From the NCBI GenBank assembly GCA_951406725.2, contig OX597829.1:28644001-28708000 (forward strand): DNA of 64,000 nucleotides, written 5' to 3'. Of this stretch, positions 12,261-24,478 are shown piece after piece. Numbering within the stretch: position 1 is the first letter of the stretch; each line of letters starts with the position of its first letter. This DNA is from Octopus vulgaris. Taxonomy: Eukaryota. The notes under the pieces were generated by a model. The model ran no database searches. It saw only the letters and a list, made by a program, of their open reading frames with translations, and had not been told where the DNA came from. Both the position numbers and the translations under genes were made by a program.

Positions 12261-13139
12261 GTAGGTCTTTTCAAAGACAAGAGCGGAGAAAAAAAAAAAA
12301 AAAAAAATAGGAATGCAATGTTATTCTAAAAAGTAAACTATCACATCTTTGAAATCTCGAAGTTGTAAGGATTGATTTAAAACAATGTGAATAAATGAGT
12401 ATTACATTTGACAGAGTAATATGAATGCTAGAGAGTCAATACACCCAATAGATACTACATGTGCTCAGAGACTTGCATAAAAGATAAGTAAGTTTCTCTC
12501 AGAAAACGATTTTGCAGTGAGTTTCTGGCAACGGACTCTTCCATAGGTATCCAACTACAAGATACAGTTCTTCACAAATCTTCACATCCTCACTGGATTT
12601 TTTTCTTTTATATTGCTGTCTCAAATCAAAGGACACATAGAGCTGGCCACCTGGTTTTCTATAGCATATATAATTGACCGAGAATCACAACACGTTCACC
12701 TAACAGGAAGCCAGTCCATTGCAGAGTTACTCATTTACAGCTGAGTGGATGGGAACAATGTGAAATTAAGTGTTTTGCTCAAGAACACAATGTACTGTCC
12801 AGTGCAAGAATCAAAAGTCATGATCTTGCATTTGCGAGTACAGTGCCCTCATCACAAGACCATACATCTTCACACATCCTCACCACAATGAAGATAAAGC
12901 CAAATGTGATGAAGAGGTCTAGAATAAATTTGCTGAAGAGTATCTGTGACTTTGGAATTTATTGCTAATCATTCTCTCTCCTATTAGCATTCAATGCATC
13001 TGAGCAGTTATCATGCTCTGATCACATTAAAGATGCGGATTTAATTACAATATTTGGTAGATCCACCATCAAATATCAACAAGTAATATTGGATGCCCTA
13101 TAGTGAGTGTCTGGCCAGTACTCCGCTGACCACTATTAA

Positions 13140-13344
13140 CCCTTTTCTGTTGAAATACAATGCCTTTGTTTTAAATGATTTAAAATTTTGAAGAATTTAA
13201 TGAAAGTACCTAGTCGTTATTAAGTTGACATTTAAAACAAACTAACAGAAATTTTTTTGATAAAAGTCTTTTTTATTTAGACTACTTTAAAAAGTTTGTA
13301 TCATAGATCAAGAGGCAATCTCAGGCAGATTTGTATCAATAGGG
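13140..13344. mobile_element. piggyBac-like MITE (family A), opposite orientation to 949-1167
   Basis: TTAA|CCC...GGG|TTAA with a perfect TTAA duplication. Confidence 0.75.
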
Positions 13345-13734
13345 TTAATGCCTCCATTTTGTAAGAAGACATTTATTCTTGTCCAAATATCTAATTTTTT
13401 CTGTATGAGTATTTATCACTTTCATGGGGCTTCAGAAAACAAAATACATCAAAATATCTTATTTTCAAAAGTGCTAGAGTTATACATTTAAACTAAATAT
13501 TTTTAATGATGGTATTGAGAACCACATGGTTATGAAACAAGGTTCTGGACCACATATCTACACCTGTGCCCCATTAAACGATATATGTTGATTAAATGCC
13601 ATATATATTAATCACTATTATCTAATATGTACGCCACCTGCATAACTTTTTTCTCTGCTATTTTTGGGGGAAATTTTGTTTCTGATTTAAACACACACAC
13701 ACACACACAACCCTTTTGAATGAAAATTACACTT

Positions 13735-13950
13735 CAAAGCACAAGACCAGGCAAGGTTGTTCATGGAGAAGGAGGCTGGTATGCATACCAGCCTCCCCCT
13801 CTCCAAGCTCCGAAAGGAAAAGCTGATACAACTTGGTACCAGTGACATTGCAACTCATTTCTACAGCTGAGTGAACTGGAGCAACATGAAATAAAGTGTC
13901 TTGCTCAAGAACACAACACACATCCCAATCCAGGAATTGAACTCACTATC
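13735..13950 (-). mobile_element. Fragment of the third tRNA-SINE family (see 23373-23708)
   Basis: Shares TGTGTTCTTGAGCAAGACACTTTATTTCA and CAACCTTGCC blocks. Confidence 0.7.
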
Positions 13951-14059
13951 TCATTTTTCTAATTCACAAAAACACATACACACAAAAGTTCACTTCCCTA
14001 AAAATGGTTGATGGCTTCTATTACATGTGTGACATAATCAGCAGTAGATGGGAAAAGCA

Positions 14060-15700
14060 TCGTAGCCATAAATAGAACCGAGTATAAAAAGTCTTACTTG
14101 GGCGGTTCTTACAAGACAAGCAGCTGAGCACTATAGGCAGGCTGGGGCAAAATTCCAATGAGATCAAAGGTGATCTCATTTGGGTAAAATAGTACTGTAG
14201 CCTTGAAAGCTAAGAAACAGTTTGGAGCTGAAGGGAACTATAACTAAGTAGGAGAGAAGAAGCTGGATGTCAAGTGTACTTAGCAAAGAGGGAAGCAAAA
14301 AGTTAAGAGATTTACCAATGTTCTGTGACACGAAGATCAGAGGTGTGAGGGGTTCATAAATGCAAGTGTACTGGAGACAATCAAGATGTCATCGGGGGGG
14401 GGGGGGGGAGTGTGTAGGGAATGGTGACAGCACATTTGGCTTTACTGACACAGAAAATTAAGAGAAGTGGAATAGCTATTACAAGAGGCTGTTGAATGAG
14501 AGAAGAATAAAATGCATGGGAGAAAGAGGGTCCACTCCAAGTAGACTCAACAGATGGAATAGCCATTCAAGTTGACAGGTGTATGGTTGCAAGCACAATT
14601 AATGATAAAGACAGAGAAGACAGCTGCATCATCATCAGGAACAGTTGCTGAGATACTTAAAAATCATCTGGCAAAATAAGGCACATGGTAATCACTTTGC
14701 ATGGTAAATGAGGTAACATAGGAGGTTGACACACCCAATGGCTGGTATAGCAAGCAGTATTACTGTCAACTGCTACATGAGCAAAGGAAGAGAAAGAGAG
14801 AAAGGGGTGGGTGCAATTACAGCGTCATCAAATTGTTGTAATAAAGTCAAGAATTTTGCAGAAAGACTTACACAAGATGTGATGTATTTTGGGAAATACA
14901 TAACTGGGAGCAACACTCAACTATATTTAGCACTCAATGAACGATGATGGCCTGTCAATCAGTAAAATGGCAGTCTCTAAAGAAACTAAATATAGATGAA
15001 TGGCTTGTGACAGCCCTTACAAGCCACATACAACAGTGTGAGTCAGTTAAGAAAGTCAACAATGAGTTTGGCAATGGATTTAGCATATATGTAAGGAAGG
15101 ATTCATCAGAACTAAATTCTAAGTATTCTCCAGTTTATTATTGTCTTAGAGACCATATAACAGAGTAGTTTAAGACAGGTTGTCTGTGGAAAGCCATGTA
15201 TGACAATGATCTAATTCTTATAGAAGAATTTATAGAAAATTTGGCAGAGAACAAATTCCAAACCTGGAAATAAAACTCAGAATTTAGAGGTTTCAAAGTA
15301 AACACAACAAAGGCTAAAGTTTTAGTATGCAAGAAAAAAAAGCTATCATCAAGGAAATAGCTATGCTCAGCATGCTGAAAAGAAGTCAGTAGAAAATTCC
15401 ATACAGTGTACTCAGCTTAAACTATGGAGTCACAAAAGGTGTTGTGAGATCACAAGAAGGCAGAAATTGAAAGGAGATTTCCTATGTAATAGGTGTACCA
15501 GAGTAGTCATAGTAAGAGTACAAACAAAATTAAATCCATCAAATACTCAGAAGCCCCCTTCAAGTTATCTGTCACTTTTGTTCCTTAGATGACCTAATTA
15601 GCAGTAGTGTTTTATGCACTGAAAACACAGTAAGAGACCAGGGTGAAGGATATTCAGGATTTATTACCTTTGGTATGTGTCTCCCTTGAGTGAAAAGGTA
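14060..15700 (+). mobile_element. Highly degenerate RTE-clade LINE, same family as 9770-11490
   Basis: Collinear homology: CCAATGTTCTGTGA..GA.CAG, DEWLVTA, and CSAC...NSIQCTQLKLWSHKRC...FLCNRC. Confidence 0.8.
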
Positions 15701-16029
15701 GACAGCATGATATGGGGGGGGGGGAGTTGCAGGTAGTGAGGCTTGATTATTTCTCTAGTGCCTGTGTTAAAATAAAAAGTACCCAATACATGACTTAAAG
15801 CTGGTATCTGGAATGCATCCAGCCATATACCTATGTTCATATGAGTATGCGTAGGTATGACTATGTGGATACAGAGTTCACTTTGTTACCACATAATCCC
15901 AAGTTCCATATTACTGCATCTTGGACAAGAGTCTTCTACTGAAGCTTCGGATTCACCAAAACCTTGCGAGTAAAATTAGTGCATGTGTGTGCATGCATAT
16001 ACATATGCATTATTATTAAGTCCACCCAC

Positions 16030-16330
16030 CACATTTCTTGGTCCATCATCACTACTACTTCAAGGACCTGGATACATTCTAGGTCAGTGTCTGCAATCAA
16101 TTTTTCTCTTTTTACATCATCATAAAGTAGTTTTCAGAAGACTAATTTGGATGCTTCTAGTTCAGGGTGGTGTACGCAGTGGCCAGATAGTTGCAGTCAT
16201 CTTTGCTTGATCTTCTAGCCAACTTTCAGCAGGTCCCCATAAAAAGCATTCATTTGAGACATGTTGCTGCCATTTCACATTCAAAGCAATTCATAGCATT
16301 CTTGTGTAACATTCATTTAGCCTGTTCGAC
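16030..16330 (-). mobile_element. RTE-clade LINE C-terminal remnant (different lineage)
   Basis: Minus strand reads YTRML*IALNVKWQQHVSNE..YGDLLKV..IKQR*LQLSGHCVHHPELEASKLVF. Confidence 0.7.
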
Positions 16331-17011
16331 TATTTCTTTGTCTGTGATTTGACAGTCGCAATGAACATGTGTATCTGTCTGAATGATTACATTCTATGAT
16401 TCAAGCAGTATATGATGATGTTCACCATCATTCTCTGCTAACAGAAAGTATCATAGCTTGGCATTTTAAAGGACAAAAACAATAAAAAAAAATCTTATTA
16501 CTTGACAAACAGGAAAGAGTTAGTGACAGGAAAGGCATCCAGATGCAAAAACAATGCCCCTTCAATACATATTTGTTCAAACAATGCTAATTAGTTGAGA
16601 AAAAAAGGAGAGCAAACAAGCAAACATTTAATTATCTTGGTCTGCCAGATCCCACGCTAAGCACCAGAGGTCATCAATGCAAAATTCTTTTTTCTTTTTT
16701 TGTTCATTTTAGGAAAATTAGCAGTGACATCAATTCTTGGTTTTAAACAATTTCATTAACTTGAAGTTAAAGTGGTGCCTACTGACAAGACATTTAAAAT
16801 TTTTTTATTAATAATGAAAATCAAATAAATTTCTTATATATCCTGCACAATAGTACCACCCAAGTGCCCTATTTGCTATGGGAAAATCTGAGGAAAAGAC
16901 ATGTAAGTTAATAGACTAATTATGAAGCAAGATACTTAGATACGACCATAGAGCATAAAGTACAATATAATGCAAGAAAACTCCCTAAAACAGAGAAAGG
17001 AGTAGGCTCTT

Positions 17012-17743
17012 TAGCCTCTTGTTACCATATTTCTGTTGAAATACACTCCTAGTTTCAATTAATTTTGTAAATAATACAGATAATAAAGACTTTAGTCAAG
17101 TAATTTTATCATTAACAAACTGGTTTTTGAATATAAATTAGCACGAAATTTTGATAGAAGATCCCAAGATCACTTTAACCCTTCAGTTGCCACATTTCTC
17201 TTAAAATATACATTGCCTTTGTCTCAGTTAATTTAAAGAATAAAAATTTATTAAAATGACTGGGTTTGTTTCGACCCTTTAGAATTGGAATTTTTAAAAA
17301 GTAAAACTTTTGCATTATGTAGTTTGTTATTCTCTTTAAGTGAACCTTTTTCTGGTTGAAATACACTGAAAAATGGTGACACAGCAGTAAAAAAATAGGG
17401 ATTTTCATAGAAAAAAAGCACCATATTGATGTAAATAATTTTTGGTCTTAATATGGTCCAATTTGAATTTTATCTGCTACGGAATAAAGAGCAAGCCTTC
17501 TTCTATCATACTCTCAATTTTGGTCAACTTGCGCTGCAGGGTCTCAGAGGAGATAGTGTTAGTTGAAGGCTACCAAACGTGCCACACACAGACAACTTCA
17601 GCTTTGTATACATAGATTAGTAGGTGTTTGGAACATAATTTAACATGATATTTTGACGGAAGGTTTTAATTTAGATTACTTGAAAACAGGAAGTTTGAAT
17701 CATTGAACTAGGAACACTCTCAGGTGGGTTGATCTCGAAAGGG
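17012..17743. mobile_element. Tandem piggyBac-like MITE A units (partial 17012-17178 plus full 17179-17743) with a nested insertion
   Basis: TTAA|CCCTTC at 17175-17184 and GAAAGGG|TTAA at 17737-17747. The first unit ends at GATCACTTTAA. Confidence 0.7.
17260..17620 (+). mobile_element. Helitron/Helentron-like non-autonomous element nested in the MITE
   Basis: Interrupts MITE homology. Its end CACACAGACAACTTCAGCTTTGTATACATAGAT resembles non-autonomous Helitron-type termini. Confidence 0.5.
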
Positions 17744-17935
17744 TTAAGATACAGCAAGTATCAAGTGACAGCTGTTATTAGCTGAGAAAAGTTGTTAAGC
17801 AGATAAATTCTTTCTTATGGAGAATAACCTGTAGACATCGAAAAGTTATGTAAGAGAAGTTTTTCCCAAGCTAATTTGTATATAATATTAACATTGATGA
17901 TTGTAGGTATGCACTTCCATATTTTATTTCAATAT

Positions 17936-18100
17936 AGGTGTAAGAGTGGATGTGTGGTAAGTAGCTTGCTTACCAACCACATGGTTCTAGGTTCAGTCCC
18001 ACTGCATGGCACTTTGGGCAAGTGTCTTCTACTATAGCCTTGGGCCGACCAAAGCCTAGTGAGTGGATTTGGTAGACGGAAACTGAAAGAAGCTCGTCGT
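17936..18100 (+). mobile_element. 5' half of a CORE-type SINE split by an RTE insertion
   Basis: Head and CORE run to ...GAAAGAAGCTCGTCGT. The tail resumes at ~19064. Confidence 0.85.
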
Positions 18101-19065
18101 TGGGCAAAGTACAGAGAGCTCTTACCTCTGCTGGTGACAAAAGGCCTCTCACTCAGAGTAAAAGGCAAGACTGTATTACGCGTGTGTACGAACAGCCATG
18201 CTACATGGCAGTGAAACATGGGCCATGACTGCTGAGGATATGCGTAAGCTTGCAAGAAATGAAGCCAGTATGCTCCAATGGGTGTGTAATGTCAGTGTTC
18301 ATAGCCGACAGAGTGTAAGTGCCTTGAAAGAAAAGTTGGACCTAAGAAGCATCAGATGTGGTGTGCAAGAGAGACGTCTACGTTGGTATGGACATGTGGT
18401 AAGAATGGATGAAGATAGTTGTGTTGAAAAGTGCCACACCCTAGCGGTTGAGGGAACCTGTGGAAGAGGTAGACCCAGGAAAACCTGGGAGGGTGGTGAA
18501 GCATGACCTTCGCTCTTTAGGTCTCACCGAGGAAACAACCAGAGACCGAGACCTTTGGAAGTATGCTGTGCGCGAGAAGACCCGGCAGGACAAGTGAGGC
18601 CATAACCTGTGGCCCCTACCTGGGAAGTAGTCAGTCCACCTGTGCATACCTTCCTTCTTGGGACACATAACTCTACTTGTGAAGACCTGTTGAGGCAAGT
18701 GAAAATCAAATCAATCAAAATCGATCAACAGCAATGGAATTTGTAGTTGTGGTACCAGTGCCACATAAGAGCACCATCTGAATGTGGCCGTAGCCAGCAC
18801 CACATCGACTGGCCTCCGTGCTGGTGGCACGTAAAAAGCACCATTCGAGCGTGGCCGTTCGCCAGCCTCGTCTGGCACCTGTATCGGTGGCACATAAAAA
18901 GCACCCTCTACACTCATGGAGTGGTTGGCGTTAGGAAGGGCATCCATCTGTAGAAACACTGCCAGATCTGACTGGCCTGGTGCAGCCTTCGGGCTTCCCA
19001 GACCCCAGTTGAACCGTCCAACCCATGCTAGCATGGAAAGCGGACGTTAAACGATGATGATGATG
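18101..19065 (+). mobile_element. Relatively young 5'-truncated RTE LINE: ORF C-terminus, 3'UTR and (GAT)n tail
   Basis: WAKYRELLPLLVTKGLSLRVKG, then ORF 18198-18506 LHGSETW...RRLRWYGHVVRMDED...GRGRPRKTW. The UTR contains GGCGTTAGGAAGGGCATCC and ends CGGACGTTAAACGATGATGATG. Confidence 0.92.
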
Positions 19066-19272
19066 TCTGTGTTTGTCTCCCTGCCAAACATCACTTGACA
19101 ACCGATGATGGTGTGTTTACGTCCCCCGTAACTTAGTGGTTCGGCAAAAGGGAACGATAGAATAAGTACTAGTCTTACAAAGAATAAGTACTGGGGTCAA
19201 TTTGCTCGACTAAAGGTGGTGCTCCAGCATGGCCGCAGTCAAATGACTGGAACAAGTAAAAGAGTAAAGAGA
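19064..19272 (+). mobile_element. 3' half of the split CORE-type SINE
   Basis: TGTCTGTGTTTGTC...CTTGACAACCGATG...ATGACTGGAACAAGTAAAAGAG. Confidence 0.85.
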
Positions 19273-19409
19273 GGGAGTATGCATCCTTATCCTTTTAACT
19301 TACATATATACAAATATATACATAGATATATGGTCATTTCAACTATGTAACCATGCAAATGCTTTTCTTGGACTGTTCTTTGCCTTCTCTCCAGATCTTT
19401 CTTTTCTGA

Positions 19410-19680
19410 TGAAACATAAATTGACACGAAATGTTGATAGGAAATTTTAATTTAGATCACTTTAATTCTTTAGTTATCATAATTCTGTTGAAACACACTA
19501 CCGTTTTTTCAATTAATTTTGAAAATAAGAATTTAGTAAAACAGCTGCCTTTACAGCTGGTGTCTGGAACATGAACTGACAAAATTTTTGATGTTAGGTT
19601 TTCATTCAGATCATTTTAAAACATGCAATTTGTATCATAGAACTAAAGGCGGTCACAGACCAGTTGGTATCAGAAGGGTT
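19410..19680. mobile_element. piggyBac-like MITE A, partial plus full unit in tandem
   Basis: Junction AGATCACTTTAA|TTCTTTAGTTATCA at ~19455-19478. Ends GTATCAGAAGGGTT. Confidence 0.6.
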
Positions 19681-19872
19681 ACTCTTTTACCTGTTTCAGT
19701 CATTTGACTGCAGCCATGCTGGAGCACCACCTTTGGTTGAGCACATCGACCCCAGGACTTATTCTTTGGAAGCCTAGTACTTATTCTGTCGGTCTCTTTT
19801 GCTGAACCGCTAAGTTATGGAGACATAAACACACCAGCATCGGTTGTCAAGCGATGTTGGGGGGGGGGACAA

Positions 19873-19903
<31 letters not shown>

Positions 19904-20110
19904 CATACACACATACATATATATATATATACACACATACATATATATATACAACAGGCTTCTTTCAGTTTCCGCCTACCAAATCCACTCACAAGGCTTT
20001 GGTCGGCCCGGGGCTATAGTAGAAGACACTTGCCCAAGGTGCTACGCAGTGGGAACGAACTCGGAACCATGTGGCTGGTAAGCAAGCTACTTACCACACA
20101 GCCACTCCTA
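19680..20110 (-). mobile_element. Full-length CORE-type SINE with expanded internal microsatellite
   Basis: Same family motifs as 7234-7626. Confidence 0.9.
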
Positions 20111-20129
20111 TAAAAAAAAAACCCCACAA

Positions 20130-20510
20130 AACAAGTATATCTTTGAGATAGACCTAAGTTAAGAACATTAATGAAAGATGAGCTATTTGCAAATTTACTT
20201 TTAAATCTGTGGGAAAAAAAAAATGCTGGGGGAGCATCCATAGAAGTTATGAATAACTTCTGGGGCAACAACAAATCTGAAAACTATGAAGACTTAGTGA
20301 ATTAGTTCTTTCCTTCCAGAAGTTAGAATGTAATATGAGCATTAAAGTGTATTTCTGTCACAGTCATTTAGACTATTTCCCTGCCAATTTAGGGGCTGTT
20401 AGTAAAAATATCAGAGACCGCTGAATACAAATATGAAAGCAGACAATTGTTGGTGCCTAATAAGAGAATGAAACAAAAGTGATTATGTTCGACAATCCAA
20501 AAAGAAGAAA
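20130..20510 (+). pseudogene. Sola-like DNA transposase C-terminal remnant
   Basis: LRTLMKDELF...MNNFWGNNKSENYEDLV...FQKLECNMSIKVYFCHSHLDYFPANLGAVS...MKADNCWCLIRE resembles the NFLGN / MS.K.HFL.SHLD.FP.NLG.VS / ADYCW motifs. The superfamily label is from memory. Confidence 0.65.
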
Positions 20511-20983
20511 AAAAAAACAAAAACTGCTTCCTTAAATAGTGCACTTGCCGAACCGAACTTGTTTTTTATGCTTATTCTACATCTTCAGACGTTGAATTAA
20601 TATGAAACAGATGGAATTTGTTGGCTGGGTTGATGCATTTCTTCCCATAATGCAATGCTGTTTACTATTACACACATGTGTGTGTGTGTGCACGTGTGTG
20701 AAAGTGTGTGTGGATGTGATTTCAGTCATATTTGATGTGTTTTACTGTTTTTTCATGACTGGAGTGTACAAGAATGACTATGTTTGTGTAATAAAATATG
20801 CCAATTTTTAATACATTTTTACAAAATATATCTGGCTTTTATAAATATAAACAATACTTGGCATCATAGAGAAGTTCTTCCAAAATTAGAAAAGATGGAT
20901 GCCTTATATGAAAAAAAAAAGCAAAGAATTTTTTCAAAATGTAGTGCAGTCTAACGTATACCTATCCTACCCTACCCTACCTT

Positions 20984-21014
<31 letters not shown>

Positions 21015-21294
21015 ATAAAATCAAGGTACAAAGCATCTAGTGTAATCCAAATGGTAATTTGTGATAATCCAGCAACAGCCTTAAGTGGTACTCCAATGGC
21101 ATGAGGTACTCCAAAATTCAGGATGGAAATGGTGGAAGATGGATGTCCACGTGAATGTGTGATGAATAGAGACAGACCATAAAAAATGACAAATGCGAAG
21201 GATAAACTACAAAAGTTTTCAAGCCGGGACAGAAAGATTACATAAAAAGAAAATTGAGGTGTTTGTTAGTGGTAGTAGAATTTAATATGCCCAA

Positions 21295-21855
21295 GCATGG
21301 CTGTCTGGTAAGACTGTTTCTTAACCGCATGGTTACATGGTTTCAGGTTCAGTCCCATGACATGACATCTTAGGCAAGTGACACTTGCCATTACATCTAT
21401 GAGACAACAAATACCTTACAAGAGGATTTGGAAGACAGAAATTGAAAGAAGCCCATCATGTGTATCATCATCATCATTTAATGCCTGTTTTCCATGCTGG
21501 CATGGGTTGGCTGGCTTGACAAGAACTGGCAAGGCCAGGGGTTGCACCAGGTTCCATAGTCAGTTTTGGCATGGTTTCTACTGCTGGATACCCTTTCTAA
21601 TGCCAACCACTTTACAGAGTGCACTGGGTGCTTTTTTGTGTGGTACCATCACCAGTGCTTTTTACGTGGCATTAGCACCAAAGCTTGATTTTCAGGATCT
21701 CAGTGGTGGGCAGGTCTTCTCGAGTATGGCAATGTGTCACATATCTTGGTCCTCTTCATTAAGTTCAGCATTTTGAGATCAATATAGTCTTCTACCTTGC
21801 CAGCTCCTGTAAACCAACCAACCCGATGCTATGGAAATTGGGCACTAAATGATAT
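21295..21855. mobile_element. Decayed CORE-SINE head (+) followed by an RTE 3'UTR-type element (-)
   Basis: SINE head ends GAAAGAAGCCCATCA and is followed by (CAT)n TTTAATGCCTGTTTTCCATGCTGGCATGGGTTGG. Confidence 0.7.
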
Positions 21856-22699
21856 ATATATATTATATAATGTGTGTGTGTGTATATGTATTGTTCACTT
21901 TCTGTTGTTTACTTTCTACATTTTCTATATGCTGCCTTTTCAGTTTTTTCACGTTTTACCTATTATTCAATTTTTTTATACTTCATCATGATATATGGTT
22001 TGCACCTGAAGAATATGTTTCTGAGTATTGTAGAATATTTGAATCAGATATGGACAGTTTAAATGCGAAAGGTTTATATTTATTTTTTATATTTTTAATG
22101 AAAAAACAAAAAAAAAACAAAACAAAACAAAATAAATGGGGTGACCATGGTTAAGTTCTTTGTACATGTATGTGACCCACATTTTTAGCACATGTACAAA
22201 ACTAAATTGAATGTGACATGACTATCTGTTTTGAAAACAAATTTCTGTTTTAAACCGTGAAGTTCAGGATACCCATACCATGAATCACCATACAAAATGA
22301 GTTATCAGCTAAATATTATCCATTATCTATTACATAACTATATGCCTTTTATACTATATTTATGAATTAATGTCCTCATTTCATTCAGTGTGTTCTTTTT
22401 TTTATATTTTCTCTTTGTTTACGTTTTATGAAGCAATTCATCCTTGCTATTCATTATAATAATGGAAGTAACACTTGAATTGAAATAAACAAAGATAAAT
22501 GTTCAGTGATTTAAAATCACGAGGATGTGACAGATTGGATCAAGCTTCTTCAAAATATTGAAAGAGAAACAGTACAAAAGCTGTTTGTTGTTTTTTTAAA
22601 AACACTGGTCACTATTTTCACCTACATGTATGGTCAAGTGTGGTCACTTAATTTACCTCCTGGCTGGTGTTGCTTTATATGAAGTAAATACTACATGTA

Positions 22700-23080
22700 T
22701 TGCTTCCCAGCCACATGGTTCTAGGCTCAGTCCCACTGTGCATCACTTTGGGCAAGCGTCTTCTACTATAGCCTCAGGCTGACCAAAGCCTTGTGAGTGG
22801 ATTTGGTAGACATAAACTGAAAGAAGCCTGCCATGTGTGTGTGTTTGTGTGTATTTATGTGTGTGTGTCTTTGTGTCTGTGTTTGCCCTCCACCCCCAGC
22901 ATTGCTTAACAACCGGTATGTTGGTGTATTTATGTCCCTGTAACTTAGCAGTTTGGCAAAAGAGACAATACAATAAGTCTGAGGCTTACAGAGTCCTGAG
23001 GTCAATTCGTTCCACTAAAAAACCCTTCAAGGTGGTGCTCCAGCATGGCTGCAGTCAAATGATTGAAACAAGTAAAAGAA
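22700..23080 (+). mobile_element. CORE-type SINE
   Basis: Family motifs present, with an internal (TG)n. Confidence 0.85.
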
Positions 23081-23372
23081 TATATATATATATATCTTAC
23101 ACCTATTTAGTATAATTTTGGTAAAAACCTCATAATGTGCGTATAATAGCTCTTATGTTGTAATTTCACTACCATATCTTATCCTACGGTAGGGTATATT
23201 TCAGGACTGGATATACATATGGAACTCCTCTTTGCATAAGATTAATACAAGAATAATATAACACAAGGATGAAAGATATCAGGCTTTAATACTATTAAGG
23301 CTTGACATCCTCCTTCCTCATGTTATATTTTTTCTTATATATTGTACTTATATATAAGTAAATACTATGTGT

Positions 23373-23708
23373 GAAGGCGCATAGCTCAGTGGTTAGAACG
23401 TCGAGCTTACAATCGTGAGGTTGTGAGCTCGAGTCCTGGACCGGGCTGCATGTTGTGTTCTTGAGCAAGACACTTTATTTCACGTTGCTCCAGTTCACTC
23501 ACCTGTAGAAATGAGTTGCAACGTCACAGGTGCGAAGCTGTATTGGCTTTTGCCTTTCCCTTGGATAACAATGGTGGCATGGAGAAGGGAGGCTGGTATG
23601 CATGGGTGACTGCTGGTCTTCCATAAACAACCTTGCCTGGATTTGTGCCTGGGAAGGTAACTTTCTAGGTGCAATCCCATGGTCTGTGTTGTGACTGAAG
23701 GGGGTCTC
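23373..23708 (+). mobile_element. Full-length tRNA-derived SINE, third family
   Basis: tRNA-like head GGCGCATAGCTCAGTGGTTAGAACG..., then TGTGTTCTTGAGCAAGACACTTTA and a ~250-bp body. Decayed copies at ~12680, 13735, 28910 and 45720. Confidence 0.8.
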
Positions 23709-24254
23709 AGAAATACTATGTATATGCAATAATAATAACTCCAGAAAGTAGTTTTGTAAAATAGGTACTTGCATCTATTTTATAGGATACTGCAAGAGCC
23801 AAACTATGACTTGTCAGCAAAACATAGCACATCTATAATCTTGTGTTAAACAGTTTCTGTTTTTTTTTTTTTTTGGAAAGGGGTTAAAAATAATTAAAAA
23901 CTGTGCCTAATAAACCAGCAAATAAATAAAGTGTATGTATGGCCTCTTTCATCATCTTCAATTTAGGAGTCCAGATGGTCAATAAACTGAATGATCTAAT
24001 CAGTGAATTAGTGTGCAAAGTGACTGAATATTGCACAGATGCATGTTCTAACTCTTTTGATAGCAACCCACCTGAAAATGATCCTGGATTCATGGTACAA
24101 AGTGATTTAAATTAAAATCTTCCATCAAATTTTTTATGTTCTAAACATCAACTTAATAATTAAAAAGGCTATTTTGCCAAATTATTTGTTATTTTGAAAC
24201 TCAACTGAAATAAAGGCAGTGTATTTCTGGATGGTGAACAGAAAATGATAGCAA

Positions 24255-24478
24255 GGCAATGAGCTGGCAGAAATGTTAGTATGCCGGGCGAAATGCCTAG
24301 TGGTATTTTGTTTGCTGTTATGTTCTGAGTTCAAATTCCGCCGAGGTCAACTTTACCTTTCATCTTCTCGGGGTCGATAAATTAAGTACCAGTTATACAC
24401 TGGGGTCGATCTAATCGTCTTAATCCCTTTATCTGTCACCTCTATGTTTAGCCCCTTGTGGGCAATAAAGAAATAAGA
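24255..24478 (+). mobile_element. Full-length Deu/Nin-domain tRNA-SINE
   Basis: GAGCTGGCAGAA head, GAGTTCAAATTCC B-box, and GCCGAGGTCAACTTTACCTTTCATC...GATAAATTAAGTACCAG domain. Confidence 0.88.

Noticed and set aside
19405-19436. CTGATGA...GAAA hammerhead-like spacing
   Set aside because: No stem II pairing, and the sequence is ordinary MITE body.
23376-23445. tRNA-like sequence
   Set aside because: No acceptor-stem pairing or intact T-arm, and it continues into a SINE body. It is a SINE head, not a tRNA gene.
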